From assembly GCA_016191425.1 (NCBI GenBank), contig JACPOR010000025.1:14633-78632 (forward strand): a stretch of 64,000 nucleotides of DNA. Reading direction: 5' to 3'. The stretch's first letter is position 1. Every line of letters starts with the position of its first letter. Positions 35,939 through 45,606 of this stretch are shown in pieces. Under the pieces are notes generated by a model that searched no databases, was not told the origin of the DNA, and saw nothing but the letters and a program-made list of their open reading frames with translations. The position numbers and the translations under genes are program-made. The DNA comes from Chloroflexota bacterium (GTDB taxonomy: Bacteria > Chloroflexota > Limnocylindria > Limnocylindrales > CSP1-4).

Positions 35939-36898
35939 TCAGCCCGCGCCCGCAGCCACGGGCAAGGACGTCGTGCGACCGGCGGGATGAGCGGCGACGG
36001 CGAAGGCCGCATCGGCCAGCTCGGTCGCGCGCGCCTGGGCGTCGGCCGTCCCGCCGACCTCGAGGATGCGCCGGGCCACGGCATGCAGGTCCTCGATGGG
36101 AGTGGATGTCCCGCCCGTCACCCCGACGATGCGGCTGCCGGCGAAGGGGATGGGATCGTCGAGATCGTTCACGGATTCGATCTGGATCGCGCGCGTCCCG
36201 GCGATCCCGCAGAGACGCGTCAGCTCCTTCGTGTTCGCCGAGGAGCGACCGCCGACGACCACCATCAGGTCGACCTCACGGGCCGATTCGAGCGTGTCCT
36301 GCTGTCGCCGGATCGTGACCGGACAGACCGTGTTCACGATCTTGAGCTCGTGGCTCCGACCGACCATGTACGCGGCGAGCTTCTCGAATTTCCATGGCGG
36401 CTGCGTGCTCTGGGAGATGAGGGCCATGCGCTTCCTGGCCGGGATCTTGGCCCAGTCCCCTTCCTCGTCAACGACGATGGCATCCGGTGCGAATCCCAGC
36501 AGCCCCACGACCTCGGGATGCTTCGGCGTCCCGAGGAGGACGATGGTGTAGCCCTCCTCCACGAGGCGGCGCAGTTCACGCTGTTCCTGGATGACCCAGG
36601 TGCAGGTCCCGTCGATGACCTCGAGACCCCGTTGGGCGGCGCGGTCCATGACCTCCGGCCGAACCCCGTGCGCACGGATGACGACTGCGGCGCCGTGGTC
36701 CACGTCGTCGAGCGCTTCGACGGTCCGGATCCCGAGTGCCTGGAGATCACGCACCACGCCCTCGTTGTGGACGACCTGGCCGAGCGTATGCGTCGACTTG
36801 CCGGCGGCGCTGGCCTCCTTGGCCTTGTCGATGGCCTCCCGGACGCCGTAGCAGAAGCCCGTTCGCTTCGCGATTCGAATGTCAGTGACGGTTCCCAT
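35939..36898 (-). CDS. ispH: 4-hydroxy-3-methylbut-2-enyl diphosphate reductase
   Basis: GFCYGVREAI, HNEGVV and VVGGRSSANT motifs. Confidence 0.9.
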   Translation of the reverse strand: MGTVTDIRIAKRTGFCYGVREAIDKAKEASAAGKSTHTLGQVVHNEGVVRDLQALGIRTVEALDDVDHGAAVVIRAHGVRPEVMDRAAQRGLEVIDGTCTWVIQEQRELRRLVEEGYTIVLLGTPKHPEVVGLLGFAPDAIVVDEEGDWAKIPARKRMALISQSTQPPWKFEKLAAYMVGRSHELKIVNTVCPVTIRRQQDTLESAREVDLMVVVGGRSSANTKELTRLCGIAGTRAIQIESVNDLDDPIPFAGSRIVGVTGGTSTPIEDLHAVARRILEVGGTADAQARATELADAAFAVAAHPAGRTTSLPVAAGAG

Positions 36899-36936
36899 GT
36901 GCCCCCGAGTATCGCATGGGCGCCGTTCGAGACCGG

Positions 36937-38589
36937 TCAGTCGGCCTGCCAGGGTCCGTAGGCGCCCTGTTGACGAGGCGGCAGGAGCGCCGCGATGCGG
37001 CGCATGATCACGTCGGTCCCGGCGGCATTGGACCGGCGGCGCGACCCGCTGGAAGGCCGTCCGGCGCCATCCACCTGTGTCCGGGAGCCGTTCGGTGCCT
37101 CGGTCCCGCGGGCGTCCCCCACCGCGACTGCTTCGGTCCCGCGGGCGTTCGCCGCCGCGAGTGCCTCGGTCCCGCGGGCGTCCGCCGCCGCGAGCACGTC
37201 AGCCAGGTAGAAGGGCTCACCGATCCTCACCGTCACCCGCGGCGTCCGAACCGGTATCCGCCGACCCCGGGGCCATAACCGATCGCTGTCGATGACTCCG
37301 ATCGGCACGATCAGCGCCCCCGACCGCGTGGCGAGGACTGCCACGCCATCCTTGGCCGCCATCAGCTTCCCGTCGGGACTCCTGGTGCCCTCGGGAAAGA
37401 CCGCCAGGATGTTGCCACGGTCCAGGATCCGCATCGCGGTCCGGAATCCCTCGACATCTGCCGCCCCGCGGTCGAGCGGGTGGATGCCACCGTGGCGCGC
37501 GAGCCACGAGATCACCGGCCAATCGAAGAGCTCGCGCTTGCCCATCCAGTTCATGGGACGGCCCAGCCGCCCATTCAGAAAGCCGCCGATCAGGACCGGA
37601 TCTGCATTCGAGGCGTGATTCGCCGCGACCAGGACCGCACCGCTTCGCGGAATCGCGTCGACATCGCCTTCGATCACCACTTCCGTGAAGAACCTCGCGA
37701 TGACGCGTATGACGAACGAGGCGATTCGGATGATCCAGGTGATGCGCGTGGCGATTGGCGTGGGGTCGATGGCAGCCCGCCGCGCCACACGGCCCGAGCG
37801 CCCCGCAGTCGCCAGGCGCGCTGCTGTTGGAGCGGACTGACGAGGTACATCGCCCGACAAAGGGCGTGGCGCCCGCCCGACCGCCTCGATCGCAGCGACC
37901 AGCTGATCCACTGTGGCGGCGAAGGAGACGGCGTCGGTCCGGATGGTCACGGCGTCGTCCGCGCGACGAAGGGGGGCGATCGACCTCGAGGCGTCGATGT
38001 CGTCGCGCACGCGCAACTGATCGAGAATCTCCATCGCCGCCTGGCTGCTGGGGGCGATTCCCCGCTCATCCGCGCGCCGCCGGGCCCGCTCCTCGACCGA
38101 CGCATCGAGGAAGACCTTGAGGTCCGCGTCCGGAAGGACCACCGTGCCGATATCCCGGCCGGCCATGACCACGCCACCCTCGGCCGCGATCTCACGTTGG
38201 CGAGGGAGAAGGGCTGCCCGCAGCTCGGGAACGCGAGCGTATGTCGAAACCGCAGCATCGACGTCGGGCGCAATGACATCGGCCGTAATATCGGTACCGT
38301 CCAGCGTCACGACGGCGTAGCGCCCGGTCGAATCGACCTCGAGCCGTACCTGGGCGACCAGGGCCACCAGCCGGTCGACGTCGATCTCGCCGATTCCGAG
38401 CTGTCGCGCCGCGAACGTCACGGCACGGTAGAAGAGACCGGTGTCGCAGAAGCGGAGGCCGAGCCTGGCGGCCGCGGCCGCCCCGACGCTGGTCTTGCCG
38501 GACGATCCCGGACCATCAACGGCGATCACGGGTCGCCGGGACGGTACGGAGCCCGGGGATGTCGGCATCGCCGGAGCATACCGGCGCAC
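36937..38589 (-). CDS. cmk: bifunctional cytidylate kinase / 1-acyl-sn-glycerol-3-phosphate acyltransferase-like fusion
   Basis: The N-terminus has VIAVDGPGSSGKTS (Cmk P-loop). The C-terminus has a TM segment plus NHASNADP (HX4D) and FPEGTRS acyltransferase motifs. Confidence 0.85.
   Translation of the reverse strand: MRRYAPAMPTSPGSVPSRRPVIAVDGPGSSGKTSVGAAAAARLGLRFCDTGLFYRAVTFAARQLGIGEIDVDRLVALVAQVRLEVDSTGRYAVVTLDGTDITADVIAPDVDAAVSTYARVPELRAALLPRQREIAAEGGVVMAGRDIGTVVLPDADLKVFLDASVEERARRRADERGIAPSSQAAMEILDQLRVRDDIDASRSIAPLRRADDAVTIRTDAVSFAATVDQLVAAIEAVGRAPRPLSGDVPRQSAPTAARLATAGRSGRVARRAAIDPTPIATRITWIIRIASFVIRVIARFFTEVVIEGDVDAIPRSGAVLVAANHASNADPVLIGGFLNGRLGRPMNWMGKRELFDWPVISWLARHGGIHPLDRGAADVEGFRTAMRILDRGNILAVFPEGTRSPDGKLMAAKDGVAVLATRSGALIVPIGVIDSDRLWPRGRRIPVRTPRVTVRIGEPFYLADVLAAADARGTEALAAANARGTEAVAVGDARGTEAPNGSRTQVDGAGRPSSGSRRRSNAAGTDVIMRRIAALLPPRQQGAYGPWQAD
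37096..37194. repeat. 33-bp x3 tandem repeat in cmk-plsC 3-prime tail
   Basis: tgc(c/t)tcggtcccgcgggcgt... units start at 37096, 37129 and 37162. Encode ARGTEA-containing 11-aa repeats. Confidence 0.9.
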
Positions 38590-38601
38590 GACCGGAACGT
38601 G

Positions 38602-39783
38602 TCAGGCGACCTCCCGCTTGATCGTGGCGCCCGCGAGGACGACGAACAGCGCGGCGATCCCGGCGAGGACGACAAAGTCGAGCCGGACCGCGGCGTCGCC
38701 CAGGTCCGCGCCTCGCAGCATGACGGCCTTGAGTCCGTCGACGGCGTAGGTCATGGGCAGGACGTTGGCCACGGCACGAAGGATGTCCGGAAGCCGGTCG
38801 ACAGGCCAGAAGATCCCGCCGAGCAATCCCTGCGGAACGATCACGAGGGGGATGAACTGCATGATCTGGAGTTCGGTCCGGGCAAATGTGGACAGGAAGA
38901 TCCCAAGACTCACGGCACCAAGCGACAGGAGCACCGCGAGGAGAAACGCGAGGATCGGACTCCCCGAGCTCTGTACGGCGAGGCCGATCGTGAAGGCCGG
39001 CAGCGGTCCGAGCGCGGGGACGTCCACCTTCGCGAGGATATACAGGGTCAGCACGATCACCTGGAGCGTGGCGAAGAAGCCGAACCCGAGGCCGTAGCCG
39101 AGGACGATCTCGGCACGCGAGACCGGTGTCGCGAGCAGCCGTTCGAGGGTCCCCCCGACGCGCTCCCGCAGGAAGCTGATCCCGGTCAGGATGAAGACGA
39201 AGAAGTAGCCGAAATAGGCCAGGAACACCGGCGCCAGGACGTCGAGCGCGTCCGCGCTCGCGGACAGGAAGACGGTCTCCCGATCGATGATGGGGATGAC
39301 CGCCACGCCGCCGGTCGCGGCGGCGAGCTGCCCGGCAAGCGTCGCCATCAGTGCCTGGAAGGCTCCCAGCGCAGCGCCGTCCGTGGCCGGGTCGGTTCCC
39401 GGCGTGATCACCGTCACGTGCGGGCGACGCCCGGCCAGGACATCGTCGAAGAGCGCTCCGGGCAGGACCACGGCCAGGTCACCGTTCCCGTCGCGGAGCG
39501 CGGCGCGGGCGGCCTCCTCGCTTCCAGCGATCGAGATCACCTCGATCCCCTCCGGGGCGCCGATCGTCGCCTGCGTGAGGGCGTCGATGATGCGCTGGCC
39601 GGGCGGACCGGCGGAATTGACCATGACGACCTCAACCGTGACATCCTTCTGGTCGCGAATGACCCAACCGAGCAGGGCGGTGACGACGAGCGGGACCACG
39701 AAGATCAGGCCGAGGGTTCGTTCATCCCGCCGGAACCCCTGGATGATCCGGCGAGCCACCGCGAGGATCCGGACGATGCTCAT
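38602..39783 (-). CDS. ABC-2 type transporter permease
   Basis: N-terminal TM helix, a large extracytoplasmic loop, then a 5-TM ABC-2 core. Overlaps the ATPase gene by 4 nt. Confidence 0.8.
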   Translation of the reverse strand: MSIVRILAVARRIIQGFRRDERTLGLIFVVPLVVTALLGWVIRDQKDVTVEVVMVNSAGPPGQRIIDALTQATIGAPEGIEVISIAGSEEAARAALRDGNGDLAVVLPGALFDDVLAGRRPHVTVITPGTDPATDGAALGAFQALMATLAGQLAAATGGVAVIPIIDRETVFLSASADALDVLAPVFLAYFGYFFVFILTGISFLRERVGGTLERLLATPVSRAEIVLGYGLGFGFFATLQVIVLTLYILAKVDVPALGPLPAFTIGLAVQSSGSPILAFLLAVLLSLGAVSLGIFLSTFARTELQIMQFIPLVIVPQGLLGGIFWPVDRLPDILRAVANVLPMTYAVDGLKAVMLRGADLGDAAVRLDFVVLAGIAALFVVLAGATIKREVA

Positions 39784-40532
39784 GACGACACCGCCGTCAG
39801 GGGTCGACCCTCGGAATCGAGGCCGGCATGATGGAGGAAGGCGCTCTCCAGGTCCGTGGTGCCGGCACTGGTCCGGATCTCGGCTGACGTTCCTCGGACC
39901 AGGATCCGCCCGGACCGGACGAACACCAGCTCATCGCATCGATCCGCCTCGTCCATGACATGGCTCGCCACAAGGATCGTGGTCCCGGCATCGGCGAGCC
40001 GTCGGAAATGCGCCCAGAACTGTGCCCGCAGAGCCGGGTCCACACCGACCGTCGGCTCGTCCAGCAGCAGGACCGGAGGTTCGTGGACGAGGGTGCAGGC
40101 AAGGGACAATCGGCGTCGCATCCCGCCAGAGAGGTGCATGGCCGGGGTGCCGCGGCGATCGCCCAGGTCGGTGAGATCCAGGACGCGGTTCACCGCGGCA
40201 GGATCACGACGACCCTCGAGACGCGCGAAGAACGCCACGTTCTCCTCCACGGAGAGTTCCGGGTAGACGGCCTCTACCTGGGGCATGTACCCGATTCGGG
40301 CGAGAAGCGACCGATCGGGAACGAGCGTACCCAGAATCCGGGCCGTCCCGGCAGTTGGATGCGCGAGCCCGGCAACCATCCGGATGAAGGTGGTCTTGCC
40401 GGATCCATTCGGTCCCAACAGTCCATAGATCCGGCCCGCGCCCAGCGTGAGGTCGATTCCGTCCACGGCACGGACGGAACCGAACGTCTTGACCAGACCG
40501 ACGGCCTCGACCGCCGGTACGGAGCCAGTCAT
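39780..40532 (-). CDS. ABC transporter ATP-binding protein
   Basis: Walker A GPNGSGKTT, signature LSGGMRRRL, and Walker B LLLDEPT. Confidence 0.9.
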   Translation of the reverse strand: MTGSVPAVEAVGLVKTFGSVRAVDGIDLTLGAGRIYGLLGPNGSGKTTFIRMVAGLAHPTAGTARILGTLVPDRSLLARIGYMPQVEAVYPELSVEENVAFFARLEGRRDPAAVNRVLDLTDLGDRRGTPAMHLSGGMRRRLSLACTLVHEPPVLLLDEPTVGVDPALRAQFWAHFRRLADAGTTILVASHVMDEADRCDELVFVRSGRILVRGTSAEIRTSAGTTDLESAFLHHAGLDSEGRPLTAVSS

Positions 40533-41764
40533 CGCCCCGGAGGATACCCCTCGTGGCGACCCTTCGGGCGCTCATCTGCTCGACCCTTCGGGCGCTCATC
40601 TGGTGGATGGGCAGGATGCTTGTCCGCTCGCGATGTCGGGCGCCGCGAAACGGGTCGGGCAGGGTCAGCCGACCTCGGCCTCCGGCGCTGCCCCTTGCCC
40701 CGCTTCTGGCTGTCCGCGGCGCCAGCAGGGTCGACGCGGCCCACGCCGACCGCGCTCGGCTTCGGCGCCGGGCGTCGCGGGCCACTCGATCCGGGGGCAC
40801 CCTTCAATTGGGCCGTCTTCGGTTTCGCCTTCGCACCCTGATGCCGCGCCTCGGGGGCTTTCTGGACTGTCCGCTTCGCCCCGACCGGTCCGGCTCCAGG
40901 TTGACCGAACGCCCCGGCGCCCGACGGGCCGGGATGCCGGAGAGCACGTGCTGACACCTCGACCGGCGCAGCAGGACGACGAAGCGCGGCGCCCGGGACC
41001 ATACCAAGTTGGCGGATCTCGGGCGCCCGCAGGAGGCGAGCGCGGCCGGTGGATAGTCGGTCGAGCCGAACCGTGCCGATCCGGACTCGGACGAGCCGCA
41101 GGACGGGGTTGCCGGTCACAGCAAACATCCTTCGGAGCTGGCGCTTCCAGCCCTGGGCGATCACCGCCCGGTACCAGACCAGGTCGGGATGCGGCGGCGG
41201 GTGCAGGAGTTCCGCAAGCGTGCGGGTCTCGATCGGCGTGGCCAGCCGCAGCGGGGCCGCAAACGTCGCCAGGCCCTCGTCAAGCGCGATGCCGGCGCGA
41301 AGGATTGCCAACTGGTCCCGATCGAGCGGTCGAGCGAGGCCGACCGCGTATTCCCGCTGCACGCCGAAGCGGGGATGCAGGACACGGTCGGCCCAGGTGC
41401 CGTCATTGGTCAGGAGCAGCAATCCCTCCGAATCCCGATCCAGCCTGCCCACCGGGTAGAGCCGGGTACCGTCCGGTGTCAGCGCCGTGGGGACAAGATC
41501 GAGCACCGTGGTGTCGGCGTGACGATCCTGGGTCGTCGACGTCACCCCGGCAGGTTTGTGGAGAGCCACGTAGGTCCGCGCCGCTCCGACCCCGACGAGA
41601 AAGCCGTCGACCTCGATCTGGGCGGTCGCCGGGTCCACCTGCGCACCGATGGTGGCGACCCTGCCATTCACCCGCACGCGGCCGCTCGCGATCAGCGCCT
41701 CGCTGGCCCGCCGCGACGCGACGCCGGCCGCGGCGAGGATCTTCTGCAGGCGCTCCTCAGGCAT
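40529..41764 (-). CDS. rluB: 23S rRNA pseudouridine synthase (RluB/RsuA family) with long basic C-terminal tail
   Basis: S4 domain (RLQKILAAAGVASRR) and catalytic GRLDRDSEGLLLLTNDG. ATG at 41764. The roughly 150-aa Lys/Arg/Pro tail contains a 24-bp duplication. Confidence 0.85.
   Translation of the reverse strand: MPEERLQKILAAAGVASRRASEALIASGRVRVNGRVATIGAQVDPATAQIEVDGFLVGVGAARTYVALHKPAGVTSTTQDRHADTTVLDLVPTALTPDGTRLYPVGRLDRDSEGLLLLTNDGTWADRVLHPRFGVQREYAVGLARPLDRDQLAILRAGIALDEGLATFAAPLRLATPIETRTLAELLHPPPHPDLVWYRAVIAQGWKRQLRRMFAVTGNPVLRLVRVRIGTVRLDRLSTGRARLLRAPEIRQLGMVPGAALRRPAAPVEVSARALRHPGPSGAGAFGQPGAGPVGAKRTVQKAPEARHQGAKAKPKTAQLKGAPGSSGPRRPAPKPSAVGVGRVDPAGAADSQKRGKGQRRRPRSADPARPVSRRPTSRADKHPAHPPDERPKGRADERPKGRHEGYPPGR
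40557..40604. repeat. 24-bp x2 tandem repeat in rluB 3-prime tail
   Basis: cgacccttcgggcgctcatctg occurs twice. Encodes DERPKGR twice. Confidence 0.85.
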
Positions 41765-42611
41765 CGTCGACCCCGTTGTTCCCGAAGCTTGTTCCGTTCG
41801 AATCCTCAGCGTCCCGCATCGACCGATCCGGGAGGGCGTCCGAAACCCCTGCGGCGTCTCCATCGGTCCCGGGAGCGTCTCCATCGGTCCCGGGAGCGTC
41901 GCCGTCGCTTCCGGCGGCGGGATCCACCAGCCGGGCCACGATGTCAGCGGACAGTGGCGGGAGGTCCTCGATTGACGTGAGCCCGAAGCGCTCGAGGAAA
42001 TCGAAGGCCGTCCCGTACAGGATCGGACGCCCGGGAGCCTCCGACCGGCTGAACTCCACGACGAGGCGACGGTGCAGCAGGCTCCGTACCGTGTAGTCCG
42101 AGTCGACGCCCCGGATGCGCTCGATGGCCGCCTTGGTGATCGGTTGTCGATAGGCCACGATCGCGAGCGTCTCGAGCGACGCCGGCGACAGGCGCACGGC
42201 GTCGGCCCCGACGTACCGCGCCACGAGCGCACCCGCCTCCGGCGCGGTTGCCAGCTCGACGCGGTCATCGGAGAGCAGCAGGCGGATCCCGCGTTCTCGC
42301 AACGTGACCTCGAGATCCCCGAGGCGTGCGTCGACGGTCTGTCGGTCGACACCGGCCAGGCGACCGATCTCACGCCGCGACAGCGGGCGCTCAGCAACGA
42401 AGAGCAGGGCTTCCAGGCCCCGTTCCGTCAGCTCGTGCGGGCCGGCCGGACCGTCATCCTCGGATGAGCGGGGCTCTGGGGCCGGAGGCGGTCCGCTATG
42501 TGGGGCGTCCCCCGACCCGTCCCCCGACCCGTCCTCGACCGCGCGCTCGAACGCGTCCTCCAGCGCCTCCTCGAACCCGTCCGCGCCGGCCAGGGCCGTG
42601 CCGTCGTTCAC
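41757..42611 (-). CDS. scpB: segregation and condensation protein B
   Basis: LEALLFVAERPLS..., ETLAIVAYRQPITKAAIERIRGVDS, and a winged-helix pair. Acidic repeat tail. Confidence 0.9.
   Translation of the reverse strand: MNDGTALAGADGFEEALEDAFERAVEDGSGDGSGDAPHSGPPPAPEPRSSEDDGPAGPHELTERGLEALLFVAERPLSRREIGRLAGVDRQTVDARLGDLEVTLRERGIRLLLSDDRVELATAPEAGALVARYVGADAVRLSPASLETLAIVAYRQPITKAAIERIRGVDSDYTVRSLLHRRLVVEFSRSEAPGRPILYGTAFDFLERFGLTSIEDLPPLSADIVARLVDPAAGSDGDAPGTDGDAPGTDGDAAGVSDALPDRSMRDAEDSNGTSFGNNGVDDA
41854..41916. repeat. 21-bp x2-3 tandem repeat in scpB 3-prime tail
   Basis: gcgtctccatcggtcccggga occurs twice plus a degenerate third copy. Encodes DGDAPGT repeats. Confidence 0.85.
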
Positions 42612-43576
42612 CGGAAACCCGCCATCGTTTCATCCAGGTCCGTGTCGTCGCCTGCGTCGGCCCGGCCCGAGGCCGAGCGTTCCTCCGGGGTCGCTCGTCG
42701 CAGGGTGATCGGCCCGAACGGGGCCGCCTGTTCCACGACGATCTCACGGCGCTTCATCAGCTCGAGCAGGGCGAGGAACGTCACCGCGACGACGACGCGA
42801 TCCCGGACGTCCCGCAGGAGATCCTGGAGCACGACGGACGGGGCCGCCCGGAGCGCCGCGCGCAGGATCGCCGCGCGCTGGTTGAGCGTGATCGAGCGCC
42901 GGATCATCTCCGGAGCGGGCTCCGGTGGCGCGACCACGAGGGCGAGGCGCGCAAGGACACCGACGAGGAGCGTCGGATCAAGCGGCGGCGCATCGGGTGC
43001 CCGTGCGCCGGCTACCGCCGCCGCGAGGGCCGCGGCCGGTTCGCGCCGGAAGAGGCCATGCCGAACCACGGCCGCATCCTGAAGCGCCTGGCCCGCATCG
43101 CGATAGGCGCGATAGAGGATCAATCGTTCCCGGAGCTCAGCCTCGGGATCTGGCCCGTCGTCCGGCATCGCGCCCGGTTCTCCGGGATCGTCCCGGCGGG
43201 GCAGCATGACCCGGCTCTTGATGAGGATCAGTTGACCCGCGACGGCCACGAACGAGCTCACATTCGTGATCCGGTCGCCTTCGAGCGTCGCCAACGCCTC
43301 GAGATAAGCGCCCGCGAGAGCGCCGAGGGGAACGGTGAGCACGTCGAGTCGGCGTGCCTCGATGAGGGTCAGGAGGAGGCCGAGCGGGCCGGCCCAGTCT
43401 GCGAGCACCACCTCGGTGGCGTCCTCGGGCCGTCGCGACGTGCCGAACGTGACGGCCGGGCGCACGGGCACCGCCGCCGGCTCCGGTGGCGGGGTGAACG
43501 AGGCCTGTGTCAGGGCGGCACCCACCTCCGTGGCCTCGTGCGCGCCGTGCGTCCCGTGCGCGCCGACGGGCGCCAT
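42608..43576 (-). CDS. scpA: segregation and condensation protein A
   Basis: WAGPLGLLLTLIEARRLDVLTVPLGAL is a kleisin N-terminal motif. 4-nt overlap with scpB. Confidence 0.9.
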   Translation of the reverse strand: MAPVGAHGTHGAHEATEVGAALTQASFTPPPEPAAVPVRPAVTFGTSRRPEDATEVVLADWAGPLGLLLTLIEARRLDVLTVPLGALAGAYLEALATLEGDRITNVSSFVAVAGQLILIKSRVMLPRRDDPGEPGAMPDDGPDPEAELRERLILYRAYRDAGQALQDAAVVRHGLFRREPAAALAAAVAGARAPDAPPLDPTLLVGVLARLALVVAPPEPAPEMIRRSITLNQRAAILRAALRAAPSVVLQDLLRDVRDRVVVAVTFLALLELMKRREIVVEQAAPFGPITLRRATPEERSASGRADAGDDTDLDETMAGFR

Positions 43577-43577
43577 C

Positions 43578-44081
43578 TCAGTTGGCCTCGTCGGCGAGCC
43601 GCAGCCGGTCGCCGTACTCGAGATCGCGAGGATCCTCCTGCCAGCGGATCAGCTCGACGGTCCTCGCTGAACAGCCGGCAGCCTCGGCGAGTCGAGCCGA
43701 GAGCTCCGGATGCTCCGCCAGCCGGGACAGTGCGTCGGCCATGCCCGGCAGGTGACCGACCAGGCGCGGGATCGAGGTTCCGTATGCCTGCCCGAGGCTG
43801 TGGACGATCCGGGCCAGGACGCCCGTCGATCCCTTGCCCGCGTCGTGGAGAAGTCCGGCCATCAGGACGTCGGTCTCGCCGATCCCCTCCGCACGCAATG
43901 CCGCGACGACATCCAGGCCGTGCCGTCGATCGGCCACCTGCATGCGGTCGAAGACGACAAGCTGGGCCGGCGTGAGCCATTCGCTGAGGTGCCCACGCTC
44001 GGCGTCCGTCACCCGAGCCGCCAGGTACGAGCGGAACCGACGAACCTTGCCGGACCACCAGGCCAGCCTGCCCAGCTTCAT
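43578..44081 (-). CDS. HD domain-containing protein
   Basis: RRHGLDV...AGLLHDAGK is an HD motif. Confidence 0.7.
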   Translation of the reverse strand: MKLGRLAWWSGKVRRFRSYLAARVTDAERGHLSEWLTPAQLVVFDRMQVADRRHGLDVVAALRAEGIGETDVLMAGLLHDAGKGSTGVLARIVHSLGQAYGTSIPRLVGHLPGMADALSRLAEHPELSARLAEAAGCSARTVELIRWQEDPRDLEYGDRLRLADEAN

Positions 44082-44743
44082 AGGCCCGTCAGGAGATTGA
44101 TGACCGGATTCGCGATCACCTCGAAGACGATCCCGAGAGGCGACGGCAGGCCTGTCAGCGACGGTACGAGGATCAGGCCCAGCAGGATCAGCGAGCCGTA
44201 TTGGGTCAGGAACGTTCGAAGCTGCCAGCTCGTCCGGGGGTCGACGAGCGCGAGGAGGACGTGCGACCCGTCGAGCGGCGGCAGCGGGATGAGGTTGAAG
44301 ATCATCAGGGAGATGTTGATCGCGATGAACAGGTAGAGGATCTGGAGCGGGATCGTGGCGTCCGCGCCACCGGTCGCGAGGATGACCCGGAAGGGAATGG
44401 CGGCGGCGGTCGCGAGGATGAGGTTCGACACGGGCCCGGCGAGGGCAACGAGGGCGTCGCTCCGCCGGCCACCGCGCAGATTCGATGGATTGACGGGCGT
44501 CGGTTTTGCCCAGCCAAACACGAACCCACTGCCCGTCAGGAGCGTCAGGATCAGGAGCGTCCCGCCGACCGGGTCGAAATGCACGATCGGGTTGAGGGTC
44601 AGCCGACCGAAGAGCTTGGCCGTCCCATCACCCATCCGGTACGCCGTCAGGGCGTGGGCGAACTCATGAAACGGGAGCGCCGCGAGCAGGATGATCGCGA
44701 TCAGGGACAACCTGATGATGAACTGGGTGTCGAGTACTGGCAC
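44078..44743 (-). CDS. site-2 protease (M50) family protein
   Basis: HEFAHALTAYRMGD and NLIPLPPLDGSH motifs. Polytopic membrane protein. Confidence 0.85.
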   Translation of the reverse strand: MPVLDTQFIIRLSLIAIILLAALPFHEFAHALTAYRMGDGTAKLFGRLTLNPIVHFDPVGGTLLILTLLTGSGFVFGWAKPTPVNPSNLRGGRRSDALVALAGPVSNLILATAAAIPFRVILATGGADATIPLQILYLFIAINISLMIFNLIPLPPLDGSHVLLALVDPRTSWQLRTFLTQYGSLILLGLILVPSLTGLPSPLGIVFEVIANPVINLLTGL

Positions 44744-44891
44744 CGATCGCCTCTGTATCGGGCCGCCGGACGGCGGTCTCGGCGAATGCTAGCCCCTCAG
44801 GCGGTGGCAGGGGTTTGAGCCACCTGTCGGGGCCGGATCCACGCTTCGGCATCGGGGATCGTTGTTCCGGTTCGGATGCACGCGAGTTCGC

Positions 44892-45587
44892 TCAGAGGCG
44901 GCCGAGCAGCTCCTGCTTCTTCGCCTCGTAATCCGACTCGGAGATCGCGCCCCGGTCGCGGAGATCGGCCAGGTTGGAGAGGGCCCGCGTGACCTCGTCG
45001 GCCCCCATGGACCGCGGCGCGGTCGCGCCGGCCGAGCCGGTCGCGCCGGCCGCGCGTGCCGGTGGTCCGGGCATCCGGGCAAGATCGACTTCCAGGCGGT
45101 GCTTCTCGTCCAGCATCACCTTCTTGAAGCGCGGCGCCTGGTCGAGCATCCGGTACCGATCAACCGTGTCCTCGGACGCGGTCATGATGTCCAGGTCGCC
45201 GTACCCGAAGATGCGGCCGAGCAGATTCTGCTCGAGGACCGCGTCATTGACCTTCTCGAGCGAGCTGTCCCCCGACCGCTTGTTGAGAATGCCCTCCACC
45301 TTGAGCACCCGTCGGTTCGTCACGATGTAGTCCTGTGCGTACCAGGCCCAGTACAGCCGCCCGAGGAGGACGAGCGACAGGACCATCAGGCCGAGGATGG
45401 CGAACCCGAGGAGCTGCTCCGCCGGGCCGTCGCCCGACAGCTGCAGCCTGAGCACGATGAGCGCGACCGCGGACACGAAGAGCGCCCACGGAACCCGCCC
45501 GTCGATGACGGTCGCGAGCCAGTGCTGGCGAGAGCGGAGGGCGATACGTTCCCCATCGGATAACAGGCTGTCGGCGTAGCGAGGCAC
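44892..45587 (-). CDS. membrane bPH (YdbS/YdbT-like) domain protein with C-terminal SHOCT domain
   Basis: Two TM helices followed by YIVTNRRVLKVEGILNKRSGDSSLEKVND (bacterial PH). The C-terminus LADLRDRGAISESDYEAKKQELLGRL is SHOCT-like. Confidence 0.75.
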   Translation of the reverse strand: MPRYADSLLSDGERIALRSRQHWLATVIDGRVPWALFVSAVALIVLRLQLSGDGPAEQLLGFAILGLMVLSLVLLGRLYWAWYAQDYIVTNRRVLKVEGILNKRSGDSSLEKVNDAVLEQNLLGRIFGYGDLDIMTASEDTVDRYRMLDQAPRFKKVMLDEKHRLEVDLARMPGPPARAAGATGSAGATAPRSMGADEVTRALSNLADLRDRGAISESDYEAKKQELLGRL

Positions 45588-45606
45588 GGGTGGACTCCTC
45601 CTGCGG

